The notes under the pieces: generated by a model
Told to the model about the DNA's origin: nothing
Databases searched by the model: none
What the model saw: only the letters and a program-made list of their open reading frames with translations
Position numbers and translations under genes: made by a program
In this document: in pieces, positions 8,430 to 16,847 of the stretch
How the letters are laid out: each line of letters starts with the position of its first letter
How positions within the stretch are numbered: the stretch's first letter is position 1
Assembly: GCA_043747375.1 (NCBI GenBank)
Contig: JAYTPG010000058.1
Location: 1 to 44,773 of the forward strand
Direction of reading: 5' to 3'
DNA from: Candidatus Kaiserbacteria bacterium
GTDB taxonomy: Bacteria; Patescibacteriota; Minisyncoccia; Phycocordibacterales; UBA2100
DNA length: 44,773 nucleotides

Positions 8430-9809
8430 ATGGAAGACCTTAAAGAAAAATGTGGCGTGTTTGGTGTTTACGGAAAAGGCCTCGACGTCGCGCGTCTTGC
8501 CTATTTTGGACTCTACTCGCTTCAGCATCGCGGCCAAGAAAGCGCGGGGATTACCGTTTCAGATGGCGAAAAACTAAGCGGACACAAAGATATGGGTCTC
8601 GTCGCCCAGGTCTTTTCTGAGGACATTATTACCTCGCTCAAGGGCCACATCGCCATAGGCCACAATCGCTACTCGACTGCAGGCGGCTCAAAGGTGCGGC
8701 ACGCACAGCCCATCTTGAGTCCGGACGGCATCTTTGCGCTCGGACACAATGGCAATTTACCCTCAACAAAAGCACTCTGGGATTATCTACGGGCATGTGG
8801 CGATGTTTCTGATGGCTCGGACTCCAGTCTCGTCGTTGACGCGATACATGCGGCAATGAAAAAAGGACTTTCCCTCGAAGACGCAATTCGTGAAGTATAC
8901 CCACTTCTTACGGGCGCGTTTTCGATTCTGATTGTTTCCAAAGACAAGCTGATTGCCATTCGAGATCATTGCGGCATCCGGCCGCTTTCTCTCGCGAAAC
9001 TTAATGGCGGTTACATTCTTTCTTCTGAAACATGCGCGCTTCACCCTATAGGAGCGCAGCACATTCGCGAAATAGAGCCAGGTGAAATGTTGGTGATCGA
9101 TGAAAGCGGGCTTCGCAGTGAACAACTTGCAACGCCCAATCCTAAATTCGACATGTTCGAATTTGTGTATTTCGCGCGTCCCGACAGCGACCTCATGGGC
9201 AAATCGGTCTACGAAGTTCGTAAAAATTTCGGCAAGGAACTTGCCCGAGAAAAGAAAATTGAAGCCGATGTGGTTATTCCCGTGCCAGAGACTGCCGTAC
9301 CAGTCGCAATTGGCTACTCGCAAGCTTCGGGAATTCCATTCGAACTCGGGCTCGCGAAAAATCGATATATTCACCGTACCTTTATCCAACCCGAACAGCA
9401 TCTTCGCGAGCAAGGCGTCAAAATGAAATTGACTCCAACGCCGGGCACTATTGCGGGGAAGCGAGTGATTGTAGTTGATGATTCAATCGTGCGGGGAACT
9501 ACTTCGCGGCAAATTGTGAAAATGCTTTTCGAAACGGGCGCAAAAGAAGTGCATTTTGTGGTATCTTCACCACCGGTTAAATTCCCAGACTTTTACGGCA
9601 TAGATACTCCGAAGCAAGCCGATCTTATTGCGTCGCACAAATCCGAAGAAGAGATTAGGGAGTATTTGGGCGCGACCTCACTCCAATATCTTTCACTTGC
9701 CGGGGCAGTCAAATCCATTGGTATTCCCGAGTCACAGTTAAACTCTTCCTGTTTTACGGGAGTGTACCCAATTGATATAGGAGAGAGGAAGGAGGAGATT
9801 TCATACTGA
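8430..9809 (+). CDS. purF: Amidophosphoribosyltransferase
   Basis: Short propeptide, then CGVFGVYG Ntn-amidotransferase Cys. PRPP loop VVDDSIVRGTTS. Confidence 0.9.
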   Translation: MEDLKEKCGVFGVYGKGLDVARLAYFGLYSLQHRGQESAGITVSDGEKLSGHKDMGLVAQVFSEDIITSLKGHIAIGHNRYSTAGGSKVRHAQPILSPDGIFALGHNGNLPSTKALWDYLRACGDVSDGSDSSLVVDAIHAAMKKGLSLEDAIREVYPLLTGAFSILIVSKDKLIAIRDHCGIRPLSLAKLNGGYILSSETCALHPIGAQHIREIEPGEMLVIDESGLRSEQLATPNPKFDMFEFVYFARPDSDLMGKSVYEVRKNFGKELAREKKIEADVVIPVPETAVPVAIGYSQASGIPFELGLAKNRYIHRTFIQPEQHLREQGVKMKLTPTPGTIAGKRVIVVDDSIVRGTTSRQIVKMLFETGAKEVHFVVSSPPVKFPDFYGIDTPKQADLIASHKSEEEIREYLGATSLQYLSLAGAVKSIGIPESQLNSSCFTGVYPIDIGERKEEISY

Positions 9810-9832
9810 ATATACGCCTAAATTTACCCCGG

Positions 9833-9854
9833 CTTGTCGAGCGTAATCGACAGG
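9833..9854 (+). terminator. Weak hairpin after purF
   Basis: cttgtcga-gcgtaa-tcgacagg (8 bp with one G-U pair) followed by tatatagtttat. The U-tract is poor. Confidence 0.3.
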
Positions 9855-9919
9855 TATATAGTTTATAGATTAGTAGCTTAGGGCGTGTGTCGGCGCTCTA
9901 AATATAAGTTTTAAAGGTC

Positions 9920-10110
9920 TTTTTAAGCGTGTGGCCCGATTTTTTTGTCGGGATACGAGGAAAGGGGTCCATCGCTTTCGGGCGAGAGGACAATCGGACA
10001 GGCTTTTTCAGCCTAGTATCTGCGGAAACCCTTCGGTATAGCTTCCTATCGTGACGTCGTTCGGAAAAAAGCTTTTGGTAACGAAAGCCTCCAAATGAAC
10101 GACCTGGAAG
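9920..10110 (+). ncRNA. Probable glmS ribozyme (GlcN6P-responsive) in the glmS 5' leader
   Basis: Lies in a 370-nt gap directly upstream of glmS. AAGCG (9925-9929), then a P1-like hairpin cccga-N7-tcggg. uACGAGG resembles conserved GACGAGG. AUCGC-UUUCGGGCGA resembles AUCGAA..UUCGGCGGA. Further hairpins follow (aggcu-uuuuc-agccu). Boundaries are approximate. Confidence 0.6.
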
Positions 10111-10179
10111 TACAAATACATACTTGTTCGTCTTTACTTACAAGGGGCGACGGTTGTCGCCCATAAATGAGAATTACAT

Positions 10180-12000
10180 ATGTGTGGTATTTTTGCGTAC
10201 ACGGGTGAAAAAAATGCGAGTGAGGTTCTTTTAAACGGGCTTATTTCTCTTGAATATAGAGGATACGATTCTGCGGGCATTTATCTTCCCGAGTCAGGTG
10301 CGATTAAGGCACGAGGCGCGGTAAACGAACTTCGCAAGAAGGTTCCTGCAAATTTTCCTGGCAAAAGCGGAATCGCCCATTTGCGCTGGGCCACGCACGG
10401 TGAACCAGTAGAAAGGAACGCTCATCCGCACGTTGACTGCACGGGCGAGATTTGGGTCGTGCACAATGGCATCATCGAAAATTTCAAAGAACTTAAGCGA
10501 GCTCTGGAAAAAGACGGACACACATTTACCTCTGATTCTGATACCGAAGTCTTGGCGCATCTCGTCGAAAAGCATTTAAAAATAGAAAAGGATTTTGAAA
10601 AAGCCGCATTTGCTTCGCTCAACGAAGTGCGCGGCACCTACGGCATCGCACTTCAATACAAAGGGGAGCCCAACAAGCTTATCGCCGCCCGAATGGGGTC
10701 TCCTATCGTGATTGGTCTCGGCAACGGCGAACATTTCATTGCGTCCGATCCGTCGCCAATTCTGCCTCATACGCGTACGGTTGTCTTTCTTGAAGATGGA
10801 GAAGTCGCCGTTCTCACACCAAAAAAACACTCTATCTTCAAGCTTGACGCATCAAAAGTTAAGCGTGACTCAATGGAAATCGAATGGAATGCTGAAGAGG
10901 CTCAAAAGGGTGGCTACGAGCACTTCATGCTTAAAGAAATCATGGAAGGTCCAGAAGTCATTCGCAATACGCTCCGTGGTCGACTTATCGTCGACAAGGG
11001 AGACGTAAAACTCGGCGGGCTCGAAGCGGTAAAAAAAGAACTTGCGGGTATAGAACGACTCATCATTGTTGCCTGCGGTACGGCATATTACGCCGGCGCC
11101 GTAGGCGAATACATGATTGAAGAGCATACGGGAATTCCCGTAGAAGTCGACTTGGCAAGTGAATTTCGCTATCGAAAGCCAGTCTTGAATAAAAAGACGG
11201 CAGTTCTGGCTATTTCTCAGTCCGGCGAAACCCTCGACACGCTCGAAGCGATGCGAGAAGGTAAGCGACGCGGCGCGCTCACGCTCGGCATCGTGAACAC
11301 TGTCGGCTCGACCATTTCTCGAGAAACAGACGCTGGAGTTCACAACCATGCAGGGCCAGAAATCAGCGTTGCTTCCACCAAAGCCTTTCTTTCCCAGCTC
11401 ACAGCACTTTCACTTTTCACGCTCTTTTTGGGACGACAGCGAAAGATGTCCGAAGCGGAAGGTCGCGACATCACAAGCGAGCTGGAAGCGCTCCCTGCAA
11501 AAGTACAAAAAATACTCGACAAGCATGAGGAAATACAAAAGATGGCCCAGAAATATGTAAAAAGCCGGGATTTTCTCTATATCGGTCGCCGATATAATTA
11601 TCCCGTTGCGTTTGAGGGGGCTATTAAGCTGAAGGAGATTTCATACATTCACGCGGAAGGCTGTGGCGCAGGGGAAATGAAGCACGGGCCAATCGCGATG
11701 ATTGATAACAATTTTCCAACCATGGCGCTCGCGACGAGCGACAGTGTCTATGAAAAGATGGTTTCAAACATTCACGAAATAAAAGCGCGTAAAGGTCCCG
11801 TTATAGCGATTGCCACAGAAGGGGACGAAGAAATCGCAAAGCTCGCCGACGACGTCATCTACGTACCAAAGACAATAGAAATGCTCTCCCCGATTCTAAA
11901 CGTAATACCACTTCAGCTTTTTGCGTACTACTTCGCAAAAGAAAAAGGGTTGAATGTCGACCGTCCGCGCAATCTCGCAAAGTCTGTTACGGTTGAGTAG
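10180..12000 (+). CDS. glmS: Glutamine--fructose-6-phosphate aminotransferase
   Basis: MCGIFAY N-terminal Cys amidotransferase. Two SIS domains (ISQSGETLDT). C-terminal NLAKSVTVE. Confidence 0.95.
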   Translation: MCGIFAYTGEKNASEVLLNGLISLEYRGYDSAGIYLPESGAIKARGAVNELRKKVPANFPGKSGIAHLRWATHGEPVERNAHPHVDCTGEIWVVHNGIIENFKELKRALEKDGHTFTSDSDTEVLAHLVEKHLKIEKDFEKAAFASLNEVRGTYGIALQYKGEPNKLIAARMGSPIVIGLGNGEHFIASDPSPILPHTRTVVFLEDGEVAVLTPKKHSIFKLDASKVKRDSMEIEWNAEEAQKGGYEHFMLKEIMEGPEVIRNTLRGRLIVDKGDVKLGGLEAVKKELAGIERLIIVACGTAYYAGAVGEYMIEEHTGIPVEVDLASEFRYRKPVLNKKTAVLAISQSGETLDTLEAMREGKRRGALTLGIVNTVGSTISRETDAGVHNHAGPEISVASTKAFLSQLTALSLFTLFLGRQRKMSEAEGRDITSELEALPAKVQKILDKHEEIQKMAQKYVKSRDFLYIGRRYNYPVAFEGAIKLKEISYIHAEGCGAGEMKHGPIAMIDNNFPTMALATSDSVYEKMVSNIHEIKARKGPVIAIATEGDEEIAKLADDVIYVPKTIEMLSPILNVIPLQLFAYYFAKEKGLNVDRPRNLAKSVTVE

Positions 12001-12010
12001 TGTTCAAACA

Positions 12011-12042
12011 AAAAAACGCTCCCAACAAGGGAGCGTTTTTTC
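12011..12042. terminator. Bidirectional intrinsic terminator between convergent glmS and metK
   Basis: aaaaaa-CGCTCCC-aacaa-GGGAGCG-tttttt, with an A-run on one side and a T-run on the other. Confidence 0.85.
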
Positions 12043-12049
12043 TAGTTGT

Positions 12050-13114
12050 CTACATCTTCTCAACCGCTTCCCACGGGCGGTCTGCCACACCGAAGTGACC
12101 GTAGGCGGCGGTTGGTTGGTAGATAGGGCGACGGAGGTCCAGGCGATCGATGATGGCGAGTGGTCGGAAATCAAAATGTTTTTTCACCCAATCCGTCAGA
12201 TGTTTGCTCGAACCGTTTTCCGACACAACTTCCACCATCACCGGTTCTGCGCGACCGATCGCGTAGGCGACGGAAACAAGGGCTTTTTTGGCGTGGCCAT
12301 TTCCGACTATGTTTTTTGCGACATAGCGACACATGTAAGCGGCTGAGCGATCTACTTTAGTCGCGTCCTTGCCAGAAAATGCGCCACCGCCGTGGGCAAT
12401 GAGGCCTCCGTAGCTGTCTACCATTATTTTGCGTCCGGTGAGGCCCGCGTCAGCCTCGAAGCCGCCTTGCACAAATCGGCCGGTTGGATTAACCAAAATC
12501 TCAATATCTTCGTGCCAGAATTTACCCAGTGTTGGTTTGAAAAGGCGAGTGATGAGGGCGGCCCGAATGTCTTCTTGCTTAGCTTTTTCCGCATGCTGAG
12601 TCGAAACAAGTGCCGTTATTACACGATTGTCATCAATGGTCACCTGAGTTTTTCCGTCGGGGCGTAGCCATGGGAGCGTTTTGTCTTTTCGAAGTTTCTC
12701 AAGATTTCGAGCCAGTGCGTGTGCGAGTACAACTCCCACAGGAAGCATCTCGGGAGTTTCGTCGGTTGCGTAGCCATACATGATTCCTTGGTCGCCAGCG
12801 CCGCCGGTGTCGACGCCCATCGCGATGTCGTTGGATTGCTTTGCAACCCGGACCGAGATTTTCAATTCGTCTTTGTATCCAATTTTTCTATATACATCCT
12901 GCGCAATCTTTTTAAAATCAATTTTCGCGTTTGTTTTAATTTCGCCACCAATCATCATGTAGCCGTGACTGCCAAAGCTTTCAATCGCTACGCGACTCAA
13001 GGGATCTTTCTTTAGTGCGGCGTCTAAAATCGCGTCAGAAATCTGATCGCACACCTTATCGGGGTGACCGCTCGTAACGCTTTCTGTCGTGTACCTACTA
13101 GGAATATGAATCAT
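12050..13114 (-). CDS. metK: S-adenosylmethionine synthetase
   Basis: ESVTSGHPDKVCDQISDAILD, GAGDQGIMYGYA, GGGAFSGKDATKVDRSAAY. Confidence 0.95.
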   Translation of the reverse strand: MIHIPSRYTTESVTSGHPDKVCDQISDAILDAALKKDPLSRVAIESFGSHGYMMIGGEIKTNAKIDFKKIAQDVYRKIGYKDELKISVRVAKQSNDIAMGVDTGGAGDQGIMYGYATDETPEMLPVGVVLAHALARNLEKLRKDKTLPWLRPDGKTQVTIDDNRVITALVSTQHAEKAKQEDIRAALITRLFKPTLGKFWHEDIEILVNPTGRFVQGGFEADAGLTGRKIMVDSYGGLIAHGGGAFSGKDATKVDRSAAYMCRYVAKNIVGNGHAKKALVSVAYAIGRAEPVMVEVVSENGSSKHLTDWVKKHFDFRPLAIIDRLDLRRPIYQPTAAYGHFGVADRPWEAVEKM

Positions 13115-13140
13115 GTGTCCACTCGTCCGTACGTATCCTT

Positions 13141-13168
13141 AACGAATAAATCTCCCCACAGGGAGATT
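13141..13168 (-). terminator. Intrinsic terminator serving as expression platform of the SAM riboswitch
   Basis: Minus strand AATCTCCC-tgtg-GGGAGATT followed by TATTCGTT, 10 nt after aptamer P1 and about 26 nt before the metK ATG. Confidence 0.7.
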
Positions 13169-13178
13169 CTTTAATAAG

Positions 13179-13270
13179 GCATCTTCCCGTGAGGGCTGGA
13201 TGGGGCACCTTACGTTTCCGTAGGTTGCCGGCGGGTCGATAAGCCAGAACTTTCACCGCACTCTTGATAC
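13179..13270 (-). ncRNA. SAM-I (S-box) riboswitch aptamer
   Basis: Minus strand GUAUCAAGAGUGCGGUGAAAGUUCUGGCUUAUCGACCCGCCGGCAACCUACGGAAACGUAAGGUGCCCCAUCCAGCCCUCACGGGAAGAUGC. P1 is GUAUC/GAUGC. Conserved AUCAAGAG, a GA-rich k-turn region, GGCAACC, P3 CCUACG-gaaa-CGUAAGG, GGUGCC, AUCCAGC, P4 CCC-ucac-GGG and GAAGAUG are all present. Confidence 0.85.
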
Positions 13271-13289
13271 GTATGGGGTGTGTATGCAC

Positions 13290-13319
13290 ATACTAACAGA
13301 TATTGCGCTCGTTGCGCAA
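13290..13319 (-). promoter_or_regulatory. Candidate metK promoter TTGCGC-18-(TGt)TAGTAT
   Basis: Minus-strand -35 at 13319..13314 and extended -10 at 13298..13290. The predicted start (about 13283) lies just upstream of the riboswitch P1. Confidence 0.4.
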
Positions 13320-13323
13320 CCAG

Positions 13324-13329
13324 TATACT
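13324..13329 (+). promoter_or_regulatory. -10 box TATACT, 7 nt before ATG 13337 (leaderless-type)
   Basis: cagTATACTtatcgctATG. Divergent from the metK promoter. Confidence 0.4.
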
Positions 13330-13336
13330 TATCGCT

Positions 13337-14263
13337 ATGAGCGCTATGGAAGGCGGGCCAATGTTGAAAAAATCTCCGACTCTTCGAGTCGGTGCAAGAC
13401 TAAGAAAAACCCCAGACATTTCAAAAGATACTCACGAGCTTCCGCCAGCATTGCCAAGTTCACCATCTCAAGAAACTGTCCCTGAAGTAACGTTGAAAAG
13501 AAAAGCACCCGAGGGAAAAAATCCAAAAAAAGAAAGTGTAAAAATGCCAAAAACAACAAGGCAATCTCCTCCGCCGCTCCCGCAATCAACCATCTCAGTT
13601 GCCAGTCCTCAAAACATTGTACCGCCACCTCTTCCTGAATCGAACAAAAGTTCACTACATGATTTACATCGACCGCCTCCGATGAAGATGCTCGATTCCA
13701 CCGCGACTCGGATGAATGCAGTATCACAAGATGTCCGTCCGGCTATCGCCAGTGTGGACTCAAGACATTGGAGGGAAGATCTGAGTGTGAGTAATTCTAA
13801 GGAAGGGATTGCTGGATCGGAACGTAAATCGAGTCGAGAGATGGTTGGGCGTGCAGTCGTGAATCCCGAATCGCGGACAGCGCCTGAGACGCCTAGGGTA
13901 GAAAACAGAGGATTCATAGAGCGGGGAGTGCAGAAAACTTTTTCTGGAGTCGGAGAAGGGGCGCTTTTAACGGGAGCGGGCATTGGGGCAGGGGCTATAC
14001 TCGCTTCACTTGGCTTGAGTTGGGGTGTAAACACTCTTGCGAGTGCGATTGTCGGATCTATCAAGGCAGTAGCTTTGGTAACTACGGGCATATTTTCAGG
14101 ACTGATGTTTGCAAAAGTCGCCATAGCAAGCCTTTTTGCCGCGGGAGCCTTTAAATTGGCTTCGGAATCGATAATAAACGCAGGTAATGGGATAAAAAAG
14201 ATGTTAGGCATCGGAGGGAAGTCAGATCACCATAAGTCCCACGGTGGCGGACATGGGCACTAG
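13337..14263 (+). CDS. Hypothetical membrane protein: Pro-rich disordered N-terminal part, Gly/Ala-rich TM region, His-rich tail
   Basis: ATG 13337 is preferred over 13280 because 13141-13300 is occupied by the metK riboswitch and promoter. PPPLP occurs twice, then GAGIGAGAILASLGL...FAAGAF hydrophobic segments. The protein ends HHKSHGGGHGH. Confidence 0.5.
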   Translation: MSAMEGGPMLKKSPTLRVGARLRKTPDISKDTHELPPALPSSPSQETVPEVTLKRKAPEGKNPKKESVKMPKTTRQSPPPLPQSTISVASPQNIVPPPLPESNKSSLHDLHRPPPMKMLDSTATRMNAVSQDVRPAIASVDSRHWREDLSVSNSKEGIAGSERKSSREMVGRAVVNPESRTAPETPRVENRGFIERGVQKTFSGVGEGALLTGAGIGAGAILASLGLSWGVNTLASAIVGSIKAVALVTTGIFSGLMFAKVAIASLFAAGAFKLASESIINAGNGIKKMLGIGGKSDHHKSHGGGHGH

Positions 14264-14281
14264 TGTGCTACAAAGGTAGGT

Positions 14282-14857
14282 ATGAAAAGACTCGTTCTTG
14301 CTTCAGCTTCGCCCCGCCGGCGAATCCTTCTTGAAGGTGCGGGATTAAAATTCACGATCGAAGAAAGTGGGTTTACCGAAGACATCACACAAAAGATTCC
14401 TCACCATGCGCTCGCACAAAAGCTCGCCCTCGGAAAAGCTGAAACGGTCGCCGTGCGTCATCGGGATTCCGTGATTCTCGCCGCAGACACTCTCATCATA
14501 TTCAATAAAAAAGTTCTCGCTAAGCCGGAAACGGCTGCGCGTGCCCGCGCAATGCTGAGAGCCATGAGCGGTAAAACAAATTTCGCGATCACGGGTGTTG
14601 CACTTATCGATACAAAATCTGGAAAGAAAATTGTGTTTTCAGAAGAGACAAAAGTCCATTTTCGGAAACTGAGTCCAAAGGAAATCGAAAAATATGTTAA
14701 GACAGGGGAGCCACTATATGTCGCGGGCGGATACGCGCTTCAAGGTGGCGCAGCATCATTTGCGGACCACATCGAAGGCGACTTTTATAACATTGTCGGA
14801 CTTCCGCTCGCAAAGACGATCGAAACCTTGAAAAAGCTAGGAATTGAAGCAAAATAG
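14282..14857 (+). CDS. maf: Maf-like nucleoside triphosphate pyrophosphatase
   Basis: LVLASASPRRRILL...AADT...GGYALQG. Confidence 0.85.
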   Translation: MKRLVLASASPRRRILLEGAGLKFTIEESGFTEDITQKIPHHALAQKLALGKAETVAVRHRDSVILAADTLIIFNKKVLAKPETAARARAMLRAMSGKTNFAITGVALIDTKSGKKIVFSEETKVHFRKLSPKEIEKYVKTGEPLYVAGGYALQGGAASFADHIEGDFYNIVGLPLAKTIETLKKLGIEAK

Positions 14858-14900
14858 AGCCCTTTTCTTTTCCCTAAAAGCTGATACAATGCTCTGCAAT

Positions 14901-14921
14901 GGCCTCATATGAGGCCTTTTT
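14901..14921 (+). terminator. Hairpin plus T5 after maf
   Basis: GGCCTCATATGAGGCC palindrome followed by TTTTT. It contains the ATG at 14909 used by the ORF track. Confidence 0.6.
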
Positions 14922-14923
14922 AT

Positions 14924-15913
14924 ATGCCTCATATCAAAAAAGTGGTGACGATTGGCGGAGGAACAGGAACTTTTACGGTTCTCTCCGGCCTTAAGAATTA
15001 TCCTCTTGATCTGACGGCGATCATTGCAATGACCGACGATGGCGGGTCATCGGGCGTCTTGCGAGACGAATACGGCGTGCTTCCTCCGGGCGACTTGCGA
15101 CAGGCGCTTGTTGCACTTTCCGACGCAGGCGGGGACATGCGCGACCTCTTCAATCATCGCTACCAAAATGGTGGCTTGAAGGGTCATAATTTTGGCAACC
15201 TTTTCATCTCGACACTGGAACAAGTAACCGGAAACCTCGATAAAGCACTTGAGGTAGTGAGCAATATTCTCAATATTCGAGGGCACGTTATTCCAGTCAC
15301 GCTTTCAAAAGTTAAACTCAAGATCGAACTCAACAACGGAAAAATAATTCACGGTGAAGACGCGATGCGCGGCTACCGCCTACTCTCAAAATTCGGTGTA
15401 AAGAAAATGCGTCTCGAGCCCGACGCGGTCGCCAACCCGAAAGCGCTCGAGGCCATAAAAGGGGCTGATCTCATCATTGTCTGCCCAGGTCACTTGTACG
15501 GCTCGCTCATCCCGAATTTCTTGGTTAAAGGCATAGGGCAGGCCGTAGCTAAATCGAAGGCAAAAAAGGTTTACGTCGCGAATCTCATGAATCGACATGG
15601 AGACACCGATAACTTTACCGTGAAAGACTATGTGGATGCACTTGAAAAAGCGATCGGCAAAAAGGGTACGTTTGATTACGTGGTATACAACACGAAAACG
15701 CCGCCAAAAAATCTTATAAAGAAATATGCAGAAGAAGGCGAACCGGTTGTTTGTGGTGATGAGTGCCAGAATGCAGCATTCAAACTTGTTGGCGCGAATT
15801 TGCTTTCAAAAAATGTGACTAACATCACCAAGGGCGACACGCTCGCATGGCAGCGAGCGCTCATTCGACACGATTCTGATGCGTTGGCGAAAGTTATTGT
15901 AGGTCTCAAGTAG
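14924..15913 (+). CDS. YvcK/CofD-like (gluconeogenesis factor family, UPF0052) protein
   Basis: VVTIGGGTGTFTVLSGLK...MTDDGGSSG...GPGSLY-like PGHLYGSLIPN. Start moved to ATG 14924, downstream of the terminator hairpin. Confidence 0.8.
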   Translation: MPHIKKVVTIGGGTGTFTVLSGLKNYPLDLTAIIAMTDDGGSSGVLRDEYGVLPPGDLRQALVALSDAGGDMRDLFNHRYQNGGLKGHNFGNLFISTLEQVTGNLDKALEVVSNILNIRGHVIPVTLSKVKLKIELNNGKIIHGEDAMRGYRLLSKFGVKKMRLEPDAVANPKALEAIKGADLIIVCPGHLYGSLIPNFLVKGIGQAVAKSKAKKVYVANLMNRHGDTDNFTVKDYVDALEKAIGKKGTFDYVVYNTKTPPKNLIKKYAEEGEPVVCGDECQNAAFKLVGANLLSKNVTNITKGDTLAWQRALIRHDSDALAKVIVGLK

Positions 15914-15934
15914 TCTCGACAGGCGCCCTCTCTT

Positions 15935-15943
15935 TGATAGCAT
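15935..15943 (+). promoter_or_regulatory. Extended -10 TGaTAGCAT, 6 nt before ATG 15950 (leaderless-type)
   Basis: ctctTTGaTAGCATatagggATG. Confidence 0.45.
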
Positions 15944-15949
15944 ATAGGG

Positions 15950-16450
15950 ATGAATTCCCGAACGTCGAGCACGGTGATTGTTCTACTCCTTTTGGTTATC
16001 GCTGTGTTGGGCTGGTTGCTCTCGACGAAATCCGCGGAGGCGCCTTCGACAAATGAGGTTGCAGTGCCTGTAAATTCCAATACTGAGGTTCCTGGAAATG
16101 TGCAAACGCCCCCAACAGCAAAGCCTCCGCTCTCCAAGCAGGTTCAAATACTTTCACCAAAAGCAAACGAGAGCGTCGGAAAGAAATTTACCGTGACTGG
16201 AAAAGCCCCTGGAAATTGGTTCTTTGAAGGGTCCGCGCCGATACAGGTGCGCGATTCAGAAACTAGCAAAATTTTTCAAGGTGTCGCCAAGGTGAGTGGT
16301 GATTGGATGACAACAAAGCTCGTCCCTTTTTCCGCTGACATAATAATTCAGGGATATTCGGGAAACGCCACACTCGTCTTTCTGAGAGATAACCCCTCGG
16401 GCATGCCGGAAAACGACGATTCCGTTGAGCTACCAATTAAAATCCAATAA
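15950..16450 (+). CDS. Secreted/anchored protein with Gmad2-type immunoglobulin-like domain
   Basis: N-terminal TM/signal segment. VQILSPKANESVGKKFTVTGKAPGNWFFEGSAPIQVRD...VPFSADI...NPSG fits the Gmad2 Ig-like pattern. Confidence 0.55.
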   Translation: MNSRTSSTVIVLLLLVIAVLGWLLSTKSAEAPSTNEVAVPVNSNTEVPGNVQTPPTAKPPLSKQVQILSPKANESVGKKFTVTGKAPGNWFFEGSAPIQVRDSETSKIFQGVAKVSGDWMTTKLVPFSADIIIQGYSGNATLVFLRDNPSGMPENDDSVELPIKIQ

Positions 16451-16452
16451 AT

Positions 16453-16836
16453 ATGGAGGGCGAAATAGAAAAACTGAGAAGTCCGAGGCAAATACTTGAA
16501 CGAAAGCTCGAAGACGCCGAGGGCGTTCGTAGACGTCTCCAGATTGGCCTGGAAGGTCTCGCACTAAAGGATACGGGCGACGGTGAGGTGGAAAAAGAAG
16601 TTCTTATTGTTCAAGGCTTTATAGACAAAATAGACGCCGCAAAAAGACTTCTCGCAAATACCGCAGCCTCGGATCACGACATTAGTCAAACGACGCAAGA
16701 TTTAGGCCTTGAAATCGAGGCATTTCGAAAATTTCGTGGCGTAGAAAGCGACAAAAAAGAGACTGGGGGCGGTATAGTGATTGACTGGCAGAAGGCCCGA
16801 AGAGAGATGCGAAATAGGGGCAGTTTGGGAATTTAA
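16453..16836 (+). CDS. Hypothetical protein (charged, helical)
   Basis: ATG lies 3 nt after the upstream stop and the ORF fills the gap to nth. No motif recognised. Confidence 0.45.
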   Translation: MEGEIEKLRSPRQILERKLEDAEGVRRRLQIGLEGLALKDTGDGEVEKEVLIVQGFIDKIDAAKRLLANTAASDHDISQTTQDLGLEIEAFRKFRGVESDKKETGGGIVIDWQKARREMRNRGSLGI

Positions 16837-16847
16837 TACGCAGTCCT

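Noticed and set aside
8787-9413. 208-aa ORF antisense to purF, and similar antisense or alternate-frame ORFs inside glmS, metK, rnj, the SBP gene and the giant gene
   Set aside because: They sit fully inside strongly supported genes, their translations have no motifs, and they have no promoter or RBS context.
13609-14211. 200-aa minus-strand ORF overlapping the Pro-rich protein gene
   Set aside because: Both frames are low-complexity. The plus-strand frame is kept because it has a -10/ATG arrangement, fills the gap between the metK control region and maf, and ends 18 nt before maf. This call remains uncertain.
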